The position numbers were made by a program, and so were the translations under genes. Below are positions 51,709-61,835 of a stretch of DNA of 64,000 bases, one piece after another. Numbering within the stretch: the first letter of the stretch is position 1; each line of letters starts with the position of its first letter. Under the pieces are notes generated by a model. The model was not told the origin of the DNA. It saw only the letters and a program-made list of their open reading frames with translations, and did no database searches. Source of the stretch: Acidimicrobiia bacterium (GTDB lineage Bacteria; Actinomycetota; Acidimicrobiia; Acidimicrobiales; Aldehydirespiratoraceae); assembly GCA_022821685.1 (NCBI GenBank), contig JAJEDD010000014.1, positions 109,604 to 173,603 of the forward strand. Direction: 5' to 3'.

Positions 51709-53091
51709 ATGGAACCGGTCTCTCGGTCGGCCTGGATGACCCTGGCGGTGGTGTCGACCGCGGTGTTCATGGTGTCGATGGAACTCACCATTATCGCTCT
51801 GGCCCTGCCCGAGATCCGGGCCGCACTGGCCGGCGCCACCCCCGCCGCGCTGTCGTGGGTGGTGAACGCCTACTCGATCGTGGTGGCCGCCCTGCTGCTG
51901 CTGTCGGGCTGGCTGGCCGACCGCTTCGGCCGGCGGCGGATCTTCCGCCTCGGGTTGATGGTCTTCGCACTGGGGTCGGTCGCCGCGGGCGCCTCCAACA
52001 GCATGGGCATGCTGATCGCGGCCCGCGCCCTGCAGGCGGTGGGCGGATCGATGCAGTACCCCGCCGGACTGGCCCTGCTGCTGGCCGCCTTTCCTCGGAG
52101 CCGCCACCAGACCGCCATCGGCACCTGGGGGGCCATGGGCGGGCTGGCCGCCGCGCTGGGGCCGACGCTGGGGGCGCTGCTGATCGAGGCCTTCGGCTGG
52201 CGGGCGGTGTTCTTCGTAAACGTGCCGGTGGCGGTGGCGGCGCTGCTGCTGGGCGCCCGCTTCCTGCCCGAGAGCCGGGGCGACCGCGGCCGCGGCGGCG
52301 TCGACGTGATCGGGGTGCCGCTGGCGTCGTGCGGGGTGGGCGCCGTGATCCTCGGCATCGTGCAGGGCGAGGCTTGGGGCTGGGCCAGTGGATCCACCCT
52401 GGCCGCGTTCGCGGCCGGGGCCTCCATGATCGCCGCCTTCGTGGCTCGAAGCCTGCGGCATCCGGCCCCGCTGTTCGACCTGGGGCTGTTGCGGATCCGC
52501 ACCTTCGCGCTGGGCAATCTGGGCTCGCTGTTCTTCTCGTTCGGGTTCTTCGCGCTGCTGGTACCGCTGCCGTCGTTCATCCAGGACCAGTGGGGCTGGT
52601 CGGTGGTCGAGACCGGCCTCGCCTACGCGGTCGGGCCGGTGGTGTCTTTCCTGGTTGCGCCCCAAGCCGGAAGGCTGGCCGACCGCATCGGCAACGCGCC
52701 CCTGCTCACGGCGGGATCAGCCTGCGGCGTGGCCGGGCTGCTGTGGCTCACGCTCACCATCTCGGCCGAGCCCGCGCTGGGCTCGCTGCTGGTGGGCACC
52801 ATCCTGGTGGGAGTGTCGGCCGGCACCGGCTTCACCCAGTTGGTGGGCGCCGCCCTGGTTGATGTGCCGGCGTCCCGCTACGCCATGGCCACCGCGGGGC
52901 GCACCACCTTCTTCCAGTTGTCGGTGGCGTTCGCCATCGCAGTGGCGTTCACAGTCATAGGCCAAGACGGCGACCTCGGCTCCTACCGCATCACCTGGAC
53001 CCTGTGCGCCGCCGCCTACCTATGCAACCTCGCCCTGTTCGGCCTCATCTACCCCCGCCACCCGATACCCGGCTCGCCCCGGTCAAGGTAG
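51709..53091 (+). CDS. MFS transporter (DHA2/EmrB-like, about 14 TM)
   Basis: The MFS loop motif is GWLADRFGRRRIF. The protein is polytopic throughout. ATG 51709 is preferred over TTG 51700. Confidence 0.85.
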   Translation: MEPVSRSAWMTLAVVSTAVFMVSMELTIIALALPEIRAALAGATPAALSWVVNAYSIVVAALLLLSGWLADRFGRRRIFRLGLMVFALGSVAAGASNSMGMLIAARALQAVGGSMQYPAGLALLLAAFPRSRHQTAIGTWGAMGGLAAALGPTLGALLIEAFGWRAVFFVNVPVAVAALLLGARFLPESRGDRGRGGVDVIGVPLASCGVGAVILGIVQGEAWGWASGSTLAAFAAGASMIAAFVARSLRHPAPLFDLGLLRIRTFALGNLGSLFFSFGFFALLVPLPSFIQDQWGWSVVETGLAYAVGPVVSFLVAPQAGRLADRIGNAPLLTAGSACGVAGLLWLTLTISAEPALGSLLVGTILVGVSAGTGFTQLVGAALVDVPASRYAMATAGRTTFFQLSVAFAIAVAFTVIGQDGDLGSYRITWTLCAAAYLCNLALFGLIYPRHPIPGSPRSR

Positions 53092-53146
53092 AACCCGCCC
53101 GCTGGTGCGGGCCGCATTGGAGTGCGGGTCGTCTAGCGTCGGTTGG

Positions 53147-54442
53147 GTGAAGTTTGGGATCTTCTATGAGCACCAGCTGCCTCGGCCCTGGCACGACGGG
53201 GACGAGCAGCGGCTCCTCGACGAGGCGCTGGAGCAGGTGGAACTGGCCGACCGGCTCGGCTTCGACTACGCCTGGGAGGTCGAGCACCACTTCCTGGAGG
53301 AGTACTCGCACTCCTCCGCTCCGGAGGTGTTCTTGGCTGCGTGCAGCCAGCGCACCCGGCGCATCCGGCTGGGCCACGGCATCGTGTTGATGCCCCCCGG
53401 CTACAACCACCCCGCCCGGGTGGCCGAGCGGATCGCCACCCTCGATCTGGTGTCGGGCGGGCGAGTGGACTTCGGCACCGGCGAGTCGTCGTCGATCCTG
53501 GAGTTGGGCGGCTTCGGCGTCGGCATCGACGCCAAGCGCGCCGCCTGGCGGGAGGCTGTCGAGCAGTGCTGCAACATGTTGGTCATGGACCCCTATCCGG
53601 GCTACGACGGAGAGTTCTTCTCGATGCCGTGCCGCAACGTGGTGCCCAAGCCGGTGCAGAAGCCCCATCCGCCGCTGTGGGTGGCCTGCTCCAACCGGGA
53701 GACGATCAAGCTGGCCGCCCGGCTGGGCATGGGTGCTCTCACCTTCTCGTTCGTCGACCCCGGCGACGCGTCCGCTTGGGTGCAGGACTACTACCGGATC
53801 CTGGAGACCGAGTGCGTGCCCATCGGCCACGCCGTCAACCCCAACATCGCCATGGTTACCGGCCTGTCGATCCACCCCGACGCCGACGAGGCCAGGCGCC
53901 GGGGCCTCGACGGCTTCCAGTTCTTCGGCTACGGCCTCGGCCACCACTACATATTCGGCCGGCACCAGCCGGGCCGCACCGACATCTGGGCCGACTATCT
54001 GGCCGCTAGACCGACCATCGAGGACCGGGGCGCCCAGAGCGGTATCGGCACCCCCGAGCAGGTTCGCACCCATCTGCGGGGCTACGCCGAGGCCGGGGTC
54101 GATCAGGTGGTGTTCATCCAGCAGGGCGGCAACAACCGCCACGACCACATCTGCGACACCCTCGAGCTGTTCGCGGCCGAGGTGATGGGCGAGTTCGCCG
54201 AAGCCGAGGCTGTGCGCGAGCAGGCCAAACTGGAGCGCATGGCCTCCGCCCTCGACGCCGCCATGGCTCGCAAGGTGCCGATGCCGGCCCTCGAAGACGA
54301 CCAGATCCCGACCTTCGATGCCCTGGGCCGCAGCATCGTGGACGCCCTCCCGACCGAAGAGGCCTCCCAGGTGGCCAAGACGGTCAAGGAGTGGGCCAAG
54401 ACCGACATGCCCATCCACGTCCCCGAAGACTTCGGCGCCTGA
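53147..54442 (+). CDS. LLM-class (luciferase-like) flavin-dependent oxidoreductase
   Basis: GTG 53147 gives VKFGIFYEHQLPRPW..., the typical LLM N-terminus. Also present are LGFDYAWEVEHHF and a conserved-looking C-terminal half. Confidence 0.85.
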   Translation: MKFGIFYEHQLPRPWHDGDEQRLLDEALEQVELADRLGFDYAWEVEHHFLEEYSHSSAPEVFLAACSQRTRRIRLGHGIVLMPPGYNHPARVAERIATLDLVSGGRVDFGTGESSSILELGGFGVGIDAKRAAWREAVEQCCNMLVMDPYPGYDGEFFSMPCRNVVPKPVQKPHPPLWVACSNRETIKLAARLGMGALTFSFVDPGDASAWVQDYYRILETECVPIGHAVNPNIAMVTGLSIHPDADEARRRGLDGFQFFGYGLGHHYIFGRHQPGRTDIWADYLAARPTIEDRGAQSGIGTPEQVRTHLRGYAEAGVDQVVFIQQGGNNRHDHICDTLELFAAEVMGEFAEAEAVREQAKLERMASALDAAMARKVPMPALEDDQIPTFDALGRSIVDALPTEEASQVAKTVKEWAKTDMPIHVPEDFGA

Positions 54443-54534
54443 CTCCCTTCCATCACAAGACCGCGGCGGGCTGCCCGGCCGGGCATCACCCAGGTCAGTT
54501 CGATCTGGGCGTCGCCGGGGTCGTAGCCCCCGGG

Positions 54535-55821
54535 CTAGATCTGGGTTTGTTGGCTTAGGAAGGACCGCTCGGCTAGGCCGTGCCACTCGGCTATGCCGTC
54601 GCGGAACTCGCGCCAGGGGCCGAGGATCCGGGCGAAGTGCTCGTCTTCGGCGGCCACGCTGTCGAGCACGTTCTCGGTCTCGGCCTTGAACGCGGCCATC
54701 AGGTCGGGCGAGAACTCGCGGATCTCGGCGAACTGCTTGATCCTCTGGAGGTCGGCCTGGTTGAGCACGTCGTAGGTGGCCATGGTCCGCATGTTGGCGT
54801 CGGCGGCGGCGGTCTGGACGGCGGCCTGGTACTCCGGCGGCAGCTCGTTCCAGCGGTCCAGCGACATCTGCACCTCGAGCGCGGTGCCCGGCTCCCACCA
54901 GCCCGGGTGGTAGTAGTAGAGCTGGCCCTCGAACTGGTCGAGGCCCAAGATGAGGTCGTCGGTCGGGCCCACGAACTCGGCCCCATCGATGGCGCCGGTC
55001 TGGATGGCCTGCAGGATCTCGCCGCCGGCCAGCGAAACCTGCTCGCCGCCGAGGTTGGCCAGCACCCGCCCGGCCAGGCCGGGGATGCGCATCTTGAGGC
55101 CGTTGAGGTCGGAGACCGCGTTGATCTCCTTGGTGAACCAGCCGCCCATCTGGCAGCCGGTGGCGCCGGCGGGGAACGAGATGGTGCCGTGCTCGGCCGC
55201 GTAGAACTCGTTGAGCATGTCGATGCCGCTCTGGCGGCCGTCGTTGTCGAAGGTTCCGTACAGCCAGGCGTTCTGCTGGCGCTGGTTGAGCCCGAACGGG
55301 ACCGCGGTGCCGAACTGCTGCACCGGGCTGATGCCGACGTAGTAGTAGGAGGCGGTGTGGCCCATCTGCACCCCGAGGTCGCGCACCGTCTGCAGCACCT
55401 CGAGTCCGCCGACGATCTCGCCCGCGGGCCGGGCGTGGATGACGAAGCGCCCGCCGGTGAGCTCGCCCACCCGCCGGGCGAAGTACTGGGCCGAGCCGAA
55501 CAGGGTCACCAGCGCGGTGGGCCAGCTGGTGGCCATCTCCCACTCGATCTCGGGTCCCTGCGCGGTCACGGCCACCGTGTCGGTGGGCTCGGTCGCAGTG
55601 GTTGTGGTCTCGGCCGGTTCGGCATCGCCGGACGCAGCCGGTGTCGGGGCCTCCTCGTCGTCGTCGCCGCACGCGGCCAGAATGGCCGAAGCGGCCGCGA
55701 ACCCGGCTACCCCGAGTCCGCCTTTGATAAACCCCCGCCGGGCCAGACCCGAGGAGTCCGCCTCGTCGAGAATTGTGTCCACGGCCGATCCGTCGGCCTG
55801 GGTGGAGTCGTCCAGAGTCAC
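54535..55821 (-). CDS. dctP: TRAP transporter substrate-binding protein (DctP family) with Tat-like signal and acidic/Thr-rich tether
   Basis: GTG 55821 lies 7 nt after GGAGGG. It has a twin-Arg signal ARRGFIKGGLGVAGFAAASAILAAC. The mature domain is DctP-like (GVQMGHTASYYYVG...). The track form from 55965 overlaps dctM. Confidence 0.82.
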   Translation of the reverse strand: MTLDDSTQADGSAVDTILDEADSSGLARRGFIKGGLGVAGFAAASAILAACGDDDEEAPTPAASGDAEPAETTTTATEPTDTVAVTAQGPEIEWEMATSWPTALVTLFGSAQYFARRVGELTGGRFVIHARPAGEIVGGLEVLQTVRDLGVQMGHTASYYYVGISPVQQFGTAVPFGLNQRQQNAWLYGTFDNDGRQSGIDMLNEFYAAEHGTISFPAGATGCQMGGWFTKEINAVSDLNGLKMRIPGLAGRVLANLGGEQVSLAGGEILQAIQTGAIDGAEFVGPTDDLILGLDQFEGQLYYYHPGWWEPGTALEVQMSLDRWNELPPEYQAAVQTAAADANMRTMATYDVLNQADLQRIKQFAEIREFSPDLMAAFKAETENVLDSVAAEDEHFARILGPWREFRDGIAEWHGLAERSFLSQQTQI

Positions 55822-55961
55822 TTTGTTCCCTCCATGGTTAACGCGGTTGGACTGTGCCGGCGACAACCCCTCGAGGAACCCGAAGATCCCGAGCCGGCCG
55901 CCGCCGGGCGGGATGCTACACCGGCCACCGCCGATGCGCCCGCAAACTTCCCCGGCCCGCG

Positions 55962-57566
55962 TCAACCGAATCGGAATGTTTCGATCGAGGTGTAGGTGAT
56001 GGCGGGGAAGGCGGCCAGGATCACCAGGGCCAGCGCTTGCAGGCCCATGAACGGGAAGGCGCCCTTGTGGATGTCGGACGTCTTCACCTCCGGCGGCGCC
56101 ACGCTCTGCAGATAGAACAGCGAGAACCCGACCGGCGGTGAGATGAACGCCATGTTGAGGTTGACCGCCATCAGCACCGCGAACCAGATCTTCTCATCGG
56201 CGGTGAAGCCGAGATAGTCCATGGCCGGCACGAAGATCGGCACCACGATGAAGGTGATCTCCAGGAACTCCAGGTTGATGCCGAGCAGGAACACCGCCAC
56301 CATGGCGATGATCACGAAGCCCCACTTGCCGCCGCCGATGGAGGTGAGCCACTCGGAGGTCTGGTCCGACCCGCCGAGCTGGAAGAACATGGCGCTGAAG
56401 AACGTCGAGCAGAACAGCAGCGTCATCACCAGCACCACCACGTTGGTGGTGGAGTGGGCCGCGTCCTTCACCGCCTGCCAGTCGAGCCGCCAGCCCTTGT
56501 TGATGTGGGTGGCGCCCCCCTTCACCAGCAAGTCGTCGAACAGCCAGTTCAGCCCGGTCAGCAGCAGCGCCCCGAAGACGCCCACCGCCCCCGACTCCGA
56601 CGGCGTGGCGATGCCCGCGAAGATCGACAGCAGCACCCCGAAGATCAGCGCCAGGATGGGCACGATGGCCACCATCACCTCGGCGGCCAGCATCCGGGTG
56701 CGCAACAGGATGGCGAGGAACACCGCGAAGTGGGCTACCACCACCACCAGCAGCGACCATCCGCTGGACAGCCAGCCGATCCCGCTGGCTCGGGCCAGCA
56801 GCGTCACCGCTCCCACCATCAGCGCCAGAATCACTGCGATCAGCACCTTGGTCCGCAGCGACGGGTCGCCAGTGAGGGTGCGCTGCGCCGCGGGCATGGC
56901 CGGCCCGGTTTCGGGTTTGAGCCAAGCCAGGATCAGCACATAGGCCACGTAGAGCCCGCTGAGCAGCAGACCGGGCAGCAGCGCGCCCGCGAACAGGCCC
57001 AGGATGCCCACGCCCAACTGCTGGGCCAGCAGGATCAGCACGATGCTGGGCGGCAGCAGCTGGGCCAGGGTGCCCGAGGCGATGATGGCACCGGTGGAGA
57101 GCTTGTTGTCGTAGCCGAGGCGCACCATGGCCGGCAGCGACAGCAGCCCCATCACGATCACGGTGGCGGCCACCACGCCGGTGGCCGCGGCCAGCAGCGT
57201 GCCGACCACCACCACTGCGGCGGCCACGCCGCCTCGCAGCCGGCCCATGAGCATTCCGAAGGCGTTGAGCAGTCGCTCGGCCATGCCCGAGCGCTCGAGG
57301 ATGGCGCCCATCAGCACGAACAGCGGCACCGCCAGCAGCGTCGGATCGCTGATCGCCTTGTACCACCGTCCCGGCAGCGTGTTGAGGGTGTTGGGGTCGA
57401 ACACGCCGAGCAGGTCGCCCACGAAGCTGAAAAACAGGGCCGTGGCCGCGAACGAGAAGGCCACGTTGTAGCCCGACAGGATCACCAGCATGAACACCGC
57501 AAACATGGCCAGGGCCAGGAACACCCCGGCGTCCATGCCCAGAATCGTCTCCAGCGCCAGCACCAT
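55962..57566 (-). CDS. dctM: TRAP transporter large permease
   Basis: 534 aa and highly hydrophobic, with DctM-like repeats. It sits between the small permease and SBP genes. Confidence 0.88.
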   Translation of the reverse strand: MVLALETILGMDAGVFLALAMFAVFMLVILSGYNVAFSFAATALFFSFVGDLLGVFDPNTLNTLPGRWYKAISDPTLLAVPLFVLMGAILERSGMAERLLNAFGMLMGRLRGGVAAAVVVVGTLLAAATGVVAATVIVMGLLSLPAMVRLGYDNKLSTGAIIASGTLAQLLPPSIVLILLAQQLGVGILGLFAGALLPGLLLSGLYVAYVLILAWLKPETGPAMPAAQRTLTGDPSLRTKVLIAVILALMVGAVTLLARASGIGWLSSGWSLLVVVVAHFAVFLAILLRTRMLAAEVMVAIVPILALIFGVLLSIFAGIATPSESGAVGVFGALLLTGLNWLFDDLLVKGGATHINKGWRLDWQAVKDAAHSTTNVVVLVMTLLFCSTFFSAMFFQLGGSDQTSEWLTSIGGGKWGFVIIAMVAVFLLGINLEFLEITFIVVPIFVPAMDYLGFTADEKIWFAVLMAVNLNMAFISPPVGFSLFYLQSVAPPEVKTSDIHKGAFPFMGLQALALVILAAFPAITYTSIETFRFG

Positions 57567-57642
57567 GTCGGCCGCCTACTCGATCCTCTGGCGGTTCACG
57601 ACCGCACCCCTTCGATGCCCGAAAGGCCTCTCACGACCACGG

Positions 57643-58455
57643 CTACTCGATCCTCTGGGGGACGTCGCGCTCGACGATGTCGCCGTAGTCGTCGCGGCCG
57701 ATCAGCACGAATCCGGTCTTGATCACCTCGGCCAGCACCTGCAGGCCGAACAGGCAGAAGCCCACCAGCAGCATCGTCTTGATCGGGCCCACCGCCAGGC
57801 CGCCCGCGTCCACGGCCTCCTCCCAGCTCTGCCACACCCGCCAGCCGGCGGGCCACTCGCCGTTGTGGCGCCGGCCCAGGGCGGCCGCCGCGTAGTGCTG
57901 CAGGATGCGGATGCTCATGAAGATGAACGGCAGCAGCAGCACCGTGTGCATGGCGAAGTCGAGCCCGGCCTTGGTCTTGTTGCGGAAGTTCACCCACCAG
58001 AAGTCGATGCGGGGGTTCACGCCGTCGCGCACGCCGACGTTGATGGCTACCAGGAACATCAGCCCGAACGACTGCCAGGCCAGGCTGACCACCTCGCCGT
58101 AGAGGATGTCCTGCTCGATGTATTCGTTGCTGTAGCGGGTGACCACGTTGAAGAACTGCAGGATGAACACGGCCCAGGCCAGGATCATCGCCAGCTTGAG
58201 CGTGAACTTGGGGATGGCCTCGATCCCCAGCCGCAAGCGGTGGAGCCCGTCGTGCCAGGCCGACAGGGCGACGCCCACAACCAGAAGCAGCCACCACCAC
58301 CACTCCTCGAAGTGGCCGATCAGGTACGAAGTGTCACTGAACAGGTGGGCGAAGATGGCGGCCAGCAGTGTCGCCACCGCCACCCACCCCGACGGATGCA
58401 GTGTCCGCCAGGCCAGCCGCCGCTGACCGGACTCGACCGACATGGACTCGACCAT
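57643..58455 (-). CDS. dctQ: TRAP transporter small permease
   Basis: It has four TM helices, and its position upstream of dctM fits. The start is uncertain (58443, 58455 or GTG 58470). Confidence 0.72.
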   Translation of the reverse strand: MVESMSVESGQRRLAWRTLHPSGWVAVATLLAAIFAHLFSDTSYLIGHFEEWWWWLLLVVGVALSAWHDGLHRLRLGIEAIPKFTLKLAMILAWAVFILQFFNVVTRYSNEYIEQDILYGEVVSLAWQSFGLMFLVAINVGVRDGVNPRIDFWWVNFRNKTKAGLDFAMHTVLLLPFIFMSIRILQHYAAAALGRRHNGEWPAGWRVWQSWEEAVDAGGLAVGPIKTMLLVGFCLFGLQVLAEVIKTGFVLIGRDDYGDIVERDVPQRIE

Positions 58456-58488
58456 AGTGCTCGGTGGCACAAGCCGTAGGGTTGAAGG

Positions 58489-58959
58489 GTGGTGACAGAC
58501 GCCGACCGGATCGGCGGCGCCGATGTCGTCGAGGCTCTCAGGGCGGTGGACGACCCCGAGTATCCCGGCGTCAGCGTGGTCGACATGGGCATGATCGCGG
58601 CGGTAGAGGTGGCCGACGGGCGGGTCGCCGTCGAGCTGATGACCACCTTCAGCGGCTGCCCGGCGCTGGAGGTCATCTCGTCGGAGATCGCCGCCGTGGT
58701 CGGGACGCTCGACGGGGTCGCCGAGGTGGTGGTACAGCGCAGCGCCGAGGCCTGGGGCACCGCCCGGCTCAGCCCGCGCGCCCGGGCGGTGATGGCTCGC
58801 GACTTCACGGTGGCGGTGGCACTACCTGGCCGGCCGTCGGAGTGCCCCCGCTGCGGTGACGCCGCCCTGGTGGAGCAGTCGCCGTTCGGTCCGGCCCGGT
58901 GCCGGGCCGTGCACCGCTGCGGCGCCTGCGGCGAGGTGGTGGAGGTGTTACGCGCCTGA
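58489..58959 (+). CDS. PaaD-like protein (DUF59/MIP18 Fe-S-assembly-type domain + C-terminal Cys4 zinc ribbon)
   Basis: 156 aa. The DUF59 part is ALRAVDDPEYPGVSVVDMGMI...TFSGCPA. The C-terminus is ECPRCGD...CRAVHRCGACGE. No other paa genes are in the window. Confidence 0.75.
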   Translation: MVTDADRIGGADVVEALRAVDDPEYPGVSVVDMGMIAAVEVADGRVAVELMTTFSGCPALEVISSEIAAVVGTLDGVAEVVVQRSAEAWGTARLSPRARAVMARDFTVAVALPGRPSECPRCGDAALVEQSPFGPARCRAVHRCGACGEVVEVLRA

Positions 58960-59127
58960 GCCCGGACAGATCGGGCCGCAGTGGCGGCATTTGGCCGTCC
59001 AGCCCGCAGGGGTGACCGCGGTGGCCAGCCACGCCCCGCACCGGCCGCAGTAGCGGGGCGGGTCCAACTCCGGCAGACAGCCGGGACAGTCGCGTCGCCC
59101 ACAGCCGCGACAGCACGGCTCAGCCAC
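58948..59127 (-). CDS. bsaP: 59-aa Cys-rich protein, candidate biotin synthase auxiliary protein
   Basis: Below the track cutoff. My translation from GTG 59127 is VAEPCCRGCGRRDCPGCLPELDPPRYCGRCGAWLATAVTPAGWTAKCRHCGPICPGSGA. It starts 9 nt after the bioB stop, in the same frame. It has 11 Cys, including CxxC pairs. Third codon positions are G/C-rich. Confidence 0.6.
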   Translation of the reverse strand: MAEPCCRGCGRRDCPGCLPELDPPRYCGRCGAWLATAVTPAGWTAKCRHCGPICPGSGA

Positions 59128-59136
59128 AACGAATGC

Positions 59137-60135
59137 TCAAACCGCGGCCGATAGGCTGCCGATGGGCATGCGAAGGTCGGCCAGCATGTCCAGATCCTGT
59201 TGGGGCGAACGGCCCAGCGTGGTCAGGTAGTTGCCCACGATCAGGGCGTTGATGCCCGCCGTCATGCCCATGGCCTGCAGGTCGCGCAGGGTGATCTCGC
59301 GACCGCCGGCGTAGCGCAGGATCACCGAGGGAAGCGCCAGCCGGAACAGAGCGATCCAGCGGATGGCCTCCAGCGCGCCCACCGGTTTGCGGATCTGCAG
59401 CGGTGTGCCGGGGCGGGGGTTGAGGAAGTTGAGGGGCACCTCGCACGGTTCCACCGCCCGGATCTGCTCGATCAGTTCCAGACGCTGCTCGACGGTCTCG
59501 CCCATGCCCAGCAGCACCCCGCAGCACAGCTCCATGCCCGCCTCCCGCACGTAGCTGCAGGTGTCCACCCGCTCGTCGAAGCTGTGGGTGGTGACTACCC
59601 GGCCGAAGAACGACCGGCTGGTCTCTAGGTTGTGGTTGTAGCGATGCACTCCGGCCGCGGCCAGCTCGTGGGCCTGCTCCCGGGTGAGGATGCCGGCGCT
59701 CACCGCCACGTTGAGGCCGGTGCAGTCCGACACCAGCCTGGTCAGCTCGATCAGCCGGTCCATGGTGCGACGGTCGGGGCCGCGCACCGCCAGCACCATG
59801 CAGAACTCGCTGGCCCCCAGCGCCTCGGTCTCGCGGGCCGCGGCCAGCACCTCGTCGGTGTCGAGGAACGGAGTGGCCTTGACCTGCGTGTCGAAGGCAG
59901 CCGACTGGCTGCAGAAATGGCAGTCCTCACCGCACCCGCCCGTTTTGGCCGACAGGATGCCCTCCACCTCGACCGTCGGCCCGGCATAGGCCAGGCGGAC
60001 CTCGTGGGCCAGCGCGGCCAGCGCGGGCACCGCCGAGTCGTCGACCGCGGCCAGTTCGGTCAGCTCTTCCGCGCTGAGCTGGCGGCGCTCGGCCAGCAGC
60101 GCCGCCGAGGCCCGAGCGACGGCGGCCTCAGTCAT
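59137..60135 (-). CDS. bioB: biotin synthase (radical SAM)
   Basis: ATG 60135. The radical-SAM motif is [13 protein letters not shown], followed by BioB blocks ([30 protein letters not shown]). Confidence 0.93.
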   Translation of the reverse strand: MTEAAVARASAALLAERRQLSAEELTELAAVDDSAVPALAALAHEVRLAYAGPTVEVEGILSAKTGGCGEDCHFCSQSAAFDTQVKATPFLDTDEVLAAARETEALGASEFCMVLAVRGPDRRTMDRLIELTRLVSDCTGLNVAVSAGILTREQAHELAAAGVHRYNHNLETSRSFFGRVVTTHSFDERVDTCSYVREAGMELCCGVLLGMGETVEQRLELIEQIRAVEPCEVPLNFLNPRPGTPLQIRKPVGALEAIRWIALFRLALPSVILRYAGGREITLRDLQAMGMTAGINALIVGNYLTTLGRSPQQDLDMLADLRMPIGSLSAAV

Positions 60136-60202
60136 TCGGGAACCCCGATGACGGCGAATGAGCGCCGCGCACTCGAGATGGCCCGGACAATCGCGGCGAC
60201 GG

Positions 60203-61030
60203 TCATTCGGAAGTCTGCACGTCAAGTTCGGTGCCGCCCAAGTAGGCCGCGATCACGTTGGGGTCGCGCTGCACCTCGGCCGGGGTCCCCTCGGAGATCC
60301 GCCGTCCGAAGTCCAGCACCATCACCCGGTCGGCGATGTCCATCACCAGGCCCATGTCGTGCTCCACCATAAGCAGGGTGATGCCGAGCTCGCGGCGGAT
60401 GTCGAGGATGAAGCGGGCCATGTCCTCGGTCTCTTCCAGGTTCATGCCCGCCACCGGCTCGTCGAGCATGAGCAGTTCGGGCTCCATGGCCAGGGCCCGG
60501 CCCAGCTCAACCCGCTTCTGGATGCCGTAGGGCAGCAGCGCCACCGGATGCTTGCGCCAGCCCTCGATCTCCAGGAAGTCGATGATGTCCTCCACCTTGC
60601 GCCGGTGCTCCATCTCCTCGCGCTTGGCCTTGCCCACCCACAGCGCGCCGGCCACAAACGACCCGGTCATGCGGATGTGACGACCGGTGAGCAGGTTGTC
60701 GAGCACGGTCATGTGGGAGAACAGCTCGATGTTCTGGAAGGTGCGGGCCACCCCGAGCTGGGCCACCCGGTCGGGGCGGGTGCCCATGATCGAGGCGCCC
60801 TTCCAGCGGATGTCGCCCGACTGGGGGCGGTACACCTGCGAGATCGAGTTGAAGATCGAGGTCTTGCCGGCCCCGTTCGGGCCGATGACCGCGAACAGCT
60901 CGCCCTCGCGGACCCCGAACGACACCGAGTCGAGGGCGGTGACCCCGCCGAAGCGCAGCGAGATGCCGTCCACTTCGAGCAGAGCCTCGGAACTAGTCGC
61001 GGCAGTCATGGCAGCCAGCTCCGCCGACAA
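60203..61030 (-). CDS. livG: branched-chain-amino-acid-type ABC transporter ATP-binding protein (LivG-like)
   Basis: Walker A is GPNGAGKTS, the signature is [15 protein letters not shown] and Walker B is LLMLDEP. Confidence 0.88.
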   Translation of the reverse strand: MSAELAAMTAATSSEALLEVDGISLRFGGVTALDSVSFGVREGELFAVIGPNGAGKTSIFNSISQVYRPQSGDIRWKGASIMGTRPDRVAQLGVARTFQNIELFSHMTVLDNLLTGRHIRMTGSFVAGALWVGKAKREEMEHRRKVEDIIDFLEIEGWRKHPVALLPYGIQKRVELGRALAMEPELLMLDEPVAGMNLEETEDMARFILDIRRELGITLLMVEHDMGLVMDIADRVMVLDFGRRISEGTPAEVQRDPNVIAAYLGGTELDVQTSE

Positions 61031-61043
61031 GGGGCCGTATCGG

Positions 61044-61835
61044 TCATGACAGCCAGCGCTTGCGGCGCTTGTAGTGCTTCACGTCGCGGAACGACTTGCG
61101 GTCGCCCTCGGCCCGCAGCCCCAGGTAGAACTCCTGGACGTCCTCGTCGGCCAGCAGCTTCTGAGGCTCGCCGTCCATCACCACCTTGCCCGACTCCATG
61201 ACGTAGCCGTAGTGGGCGATGGACAGGGCCATCACCGCGTTCTGCTCGATCAGCAGGACGCTGGTGCCGTCGGCGTTGATGTCGACGATGATGTCGCGGA
61301 TCTGCTGGATGAGCATGGGAGCGAGCCCCAGGGAGGGCTCGTCGAGGATCAGCAGCTTGGGGTCGGCCATCAGCGCCCGCCCGATGGCCAGCATCTGCTG
61401 CTCACCGCCCGACAGGTAGCCGGCCGTGTGGCGGCGGCGGCTCTTCAGCAGCGGGAAGAGCTCCATCACCCGCCCATAGGCCTGCTCGTTGGCCTTGCGG
61501 TCGCGCACGGTGAAGGCGCCCGCGTTGAGGTTCTCGTCCACCGAGAGCTCGGCGAAGATCCGCCTGCCCTCCATCACCTGGGTGATGCCGGCCTCGACGA
61601 TGCGCGACGGCTTGTGGTTGGAGATGTCGGCGCCGTTCCAGATGATCGAGCCTTTGGTGATGTCTCCCTCATGCACATCGAGGAGCCCGGTGACGGCCCG
61701 CACCGCGGTGGTCTTGCCCGCTCCGTTGGCGCCGAGCAGGGCCACGATGCTGCCGTCGGGCACCTCGATGGACAGGCCGCGCAGCACCAGGACAACCTCG
61801 TTGTACACAACCTCAAGGTTGGCGACTTCAAGCAT
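61044..61835 (-). CDS. livF: branched-chain-amino-acid-type ABC transporter ATP-binding protein (LivF-like) with basic C-terminal tail
   Basis: ATG 61835 (MLEVANLEVVYN...) is preferred over TTG 61847. Walker A is GANGAGKTT, the signature is LSGGEQQMLAIGRAL and Walker B is LLILDEP. The tail reads VKHYKRRKRWLS. Confidence 0.88.
   Translation of the reverse strand: MLEVANLEVVYNEVVLVLRGLSIEVPDGSIVALLGANGAGKTTAVRAVTGLLDVHEGDITKGSIIWNGADISNHKPSRIVEAGITQVMEGRRIFAELSVDENLNAGAFTVRDRKANEQAYGRVMELFPLLKSRRRHTAGYLSGGEQQMLAIGRALMADPKLLILDEPSLGLAPMLIQQIRDIIVDINADGTSVLLIEQNAVMALSIAHYGYVMESGKVVMDGEPQKLLADEDVQEFYLGLRAEGDRKSFRDVKHYKRRKRWLS

Noticed and set aside
54472-54485. Palindrome TGCCCGGCCGGGCA between the convergent LLM and TRAP SBP genes, considered as a bidirectional terminator.
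   Set aside because: It can form only a ~5-bp stem with a 4-nt loop and has no U-tract. That is too weak to call as a feature.
59127-59139. Read-through of the bioB TGA to make a BioB-BsaP fusion. The small ORF is in the same frame, three sense codons after the stop.
   Set aside because: No recoding signal is evident, and a GTG start is available. The idea is kept only as a caveat inside the BsaP finding.
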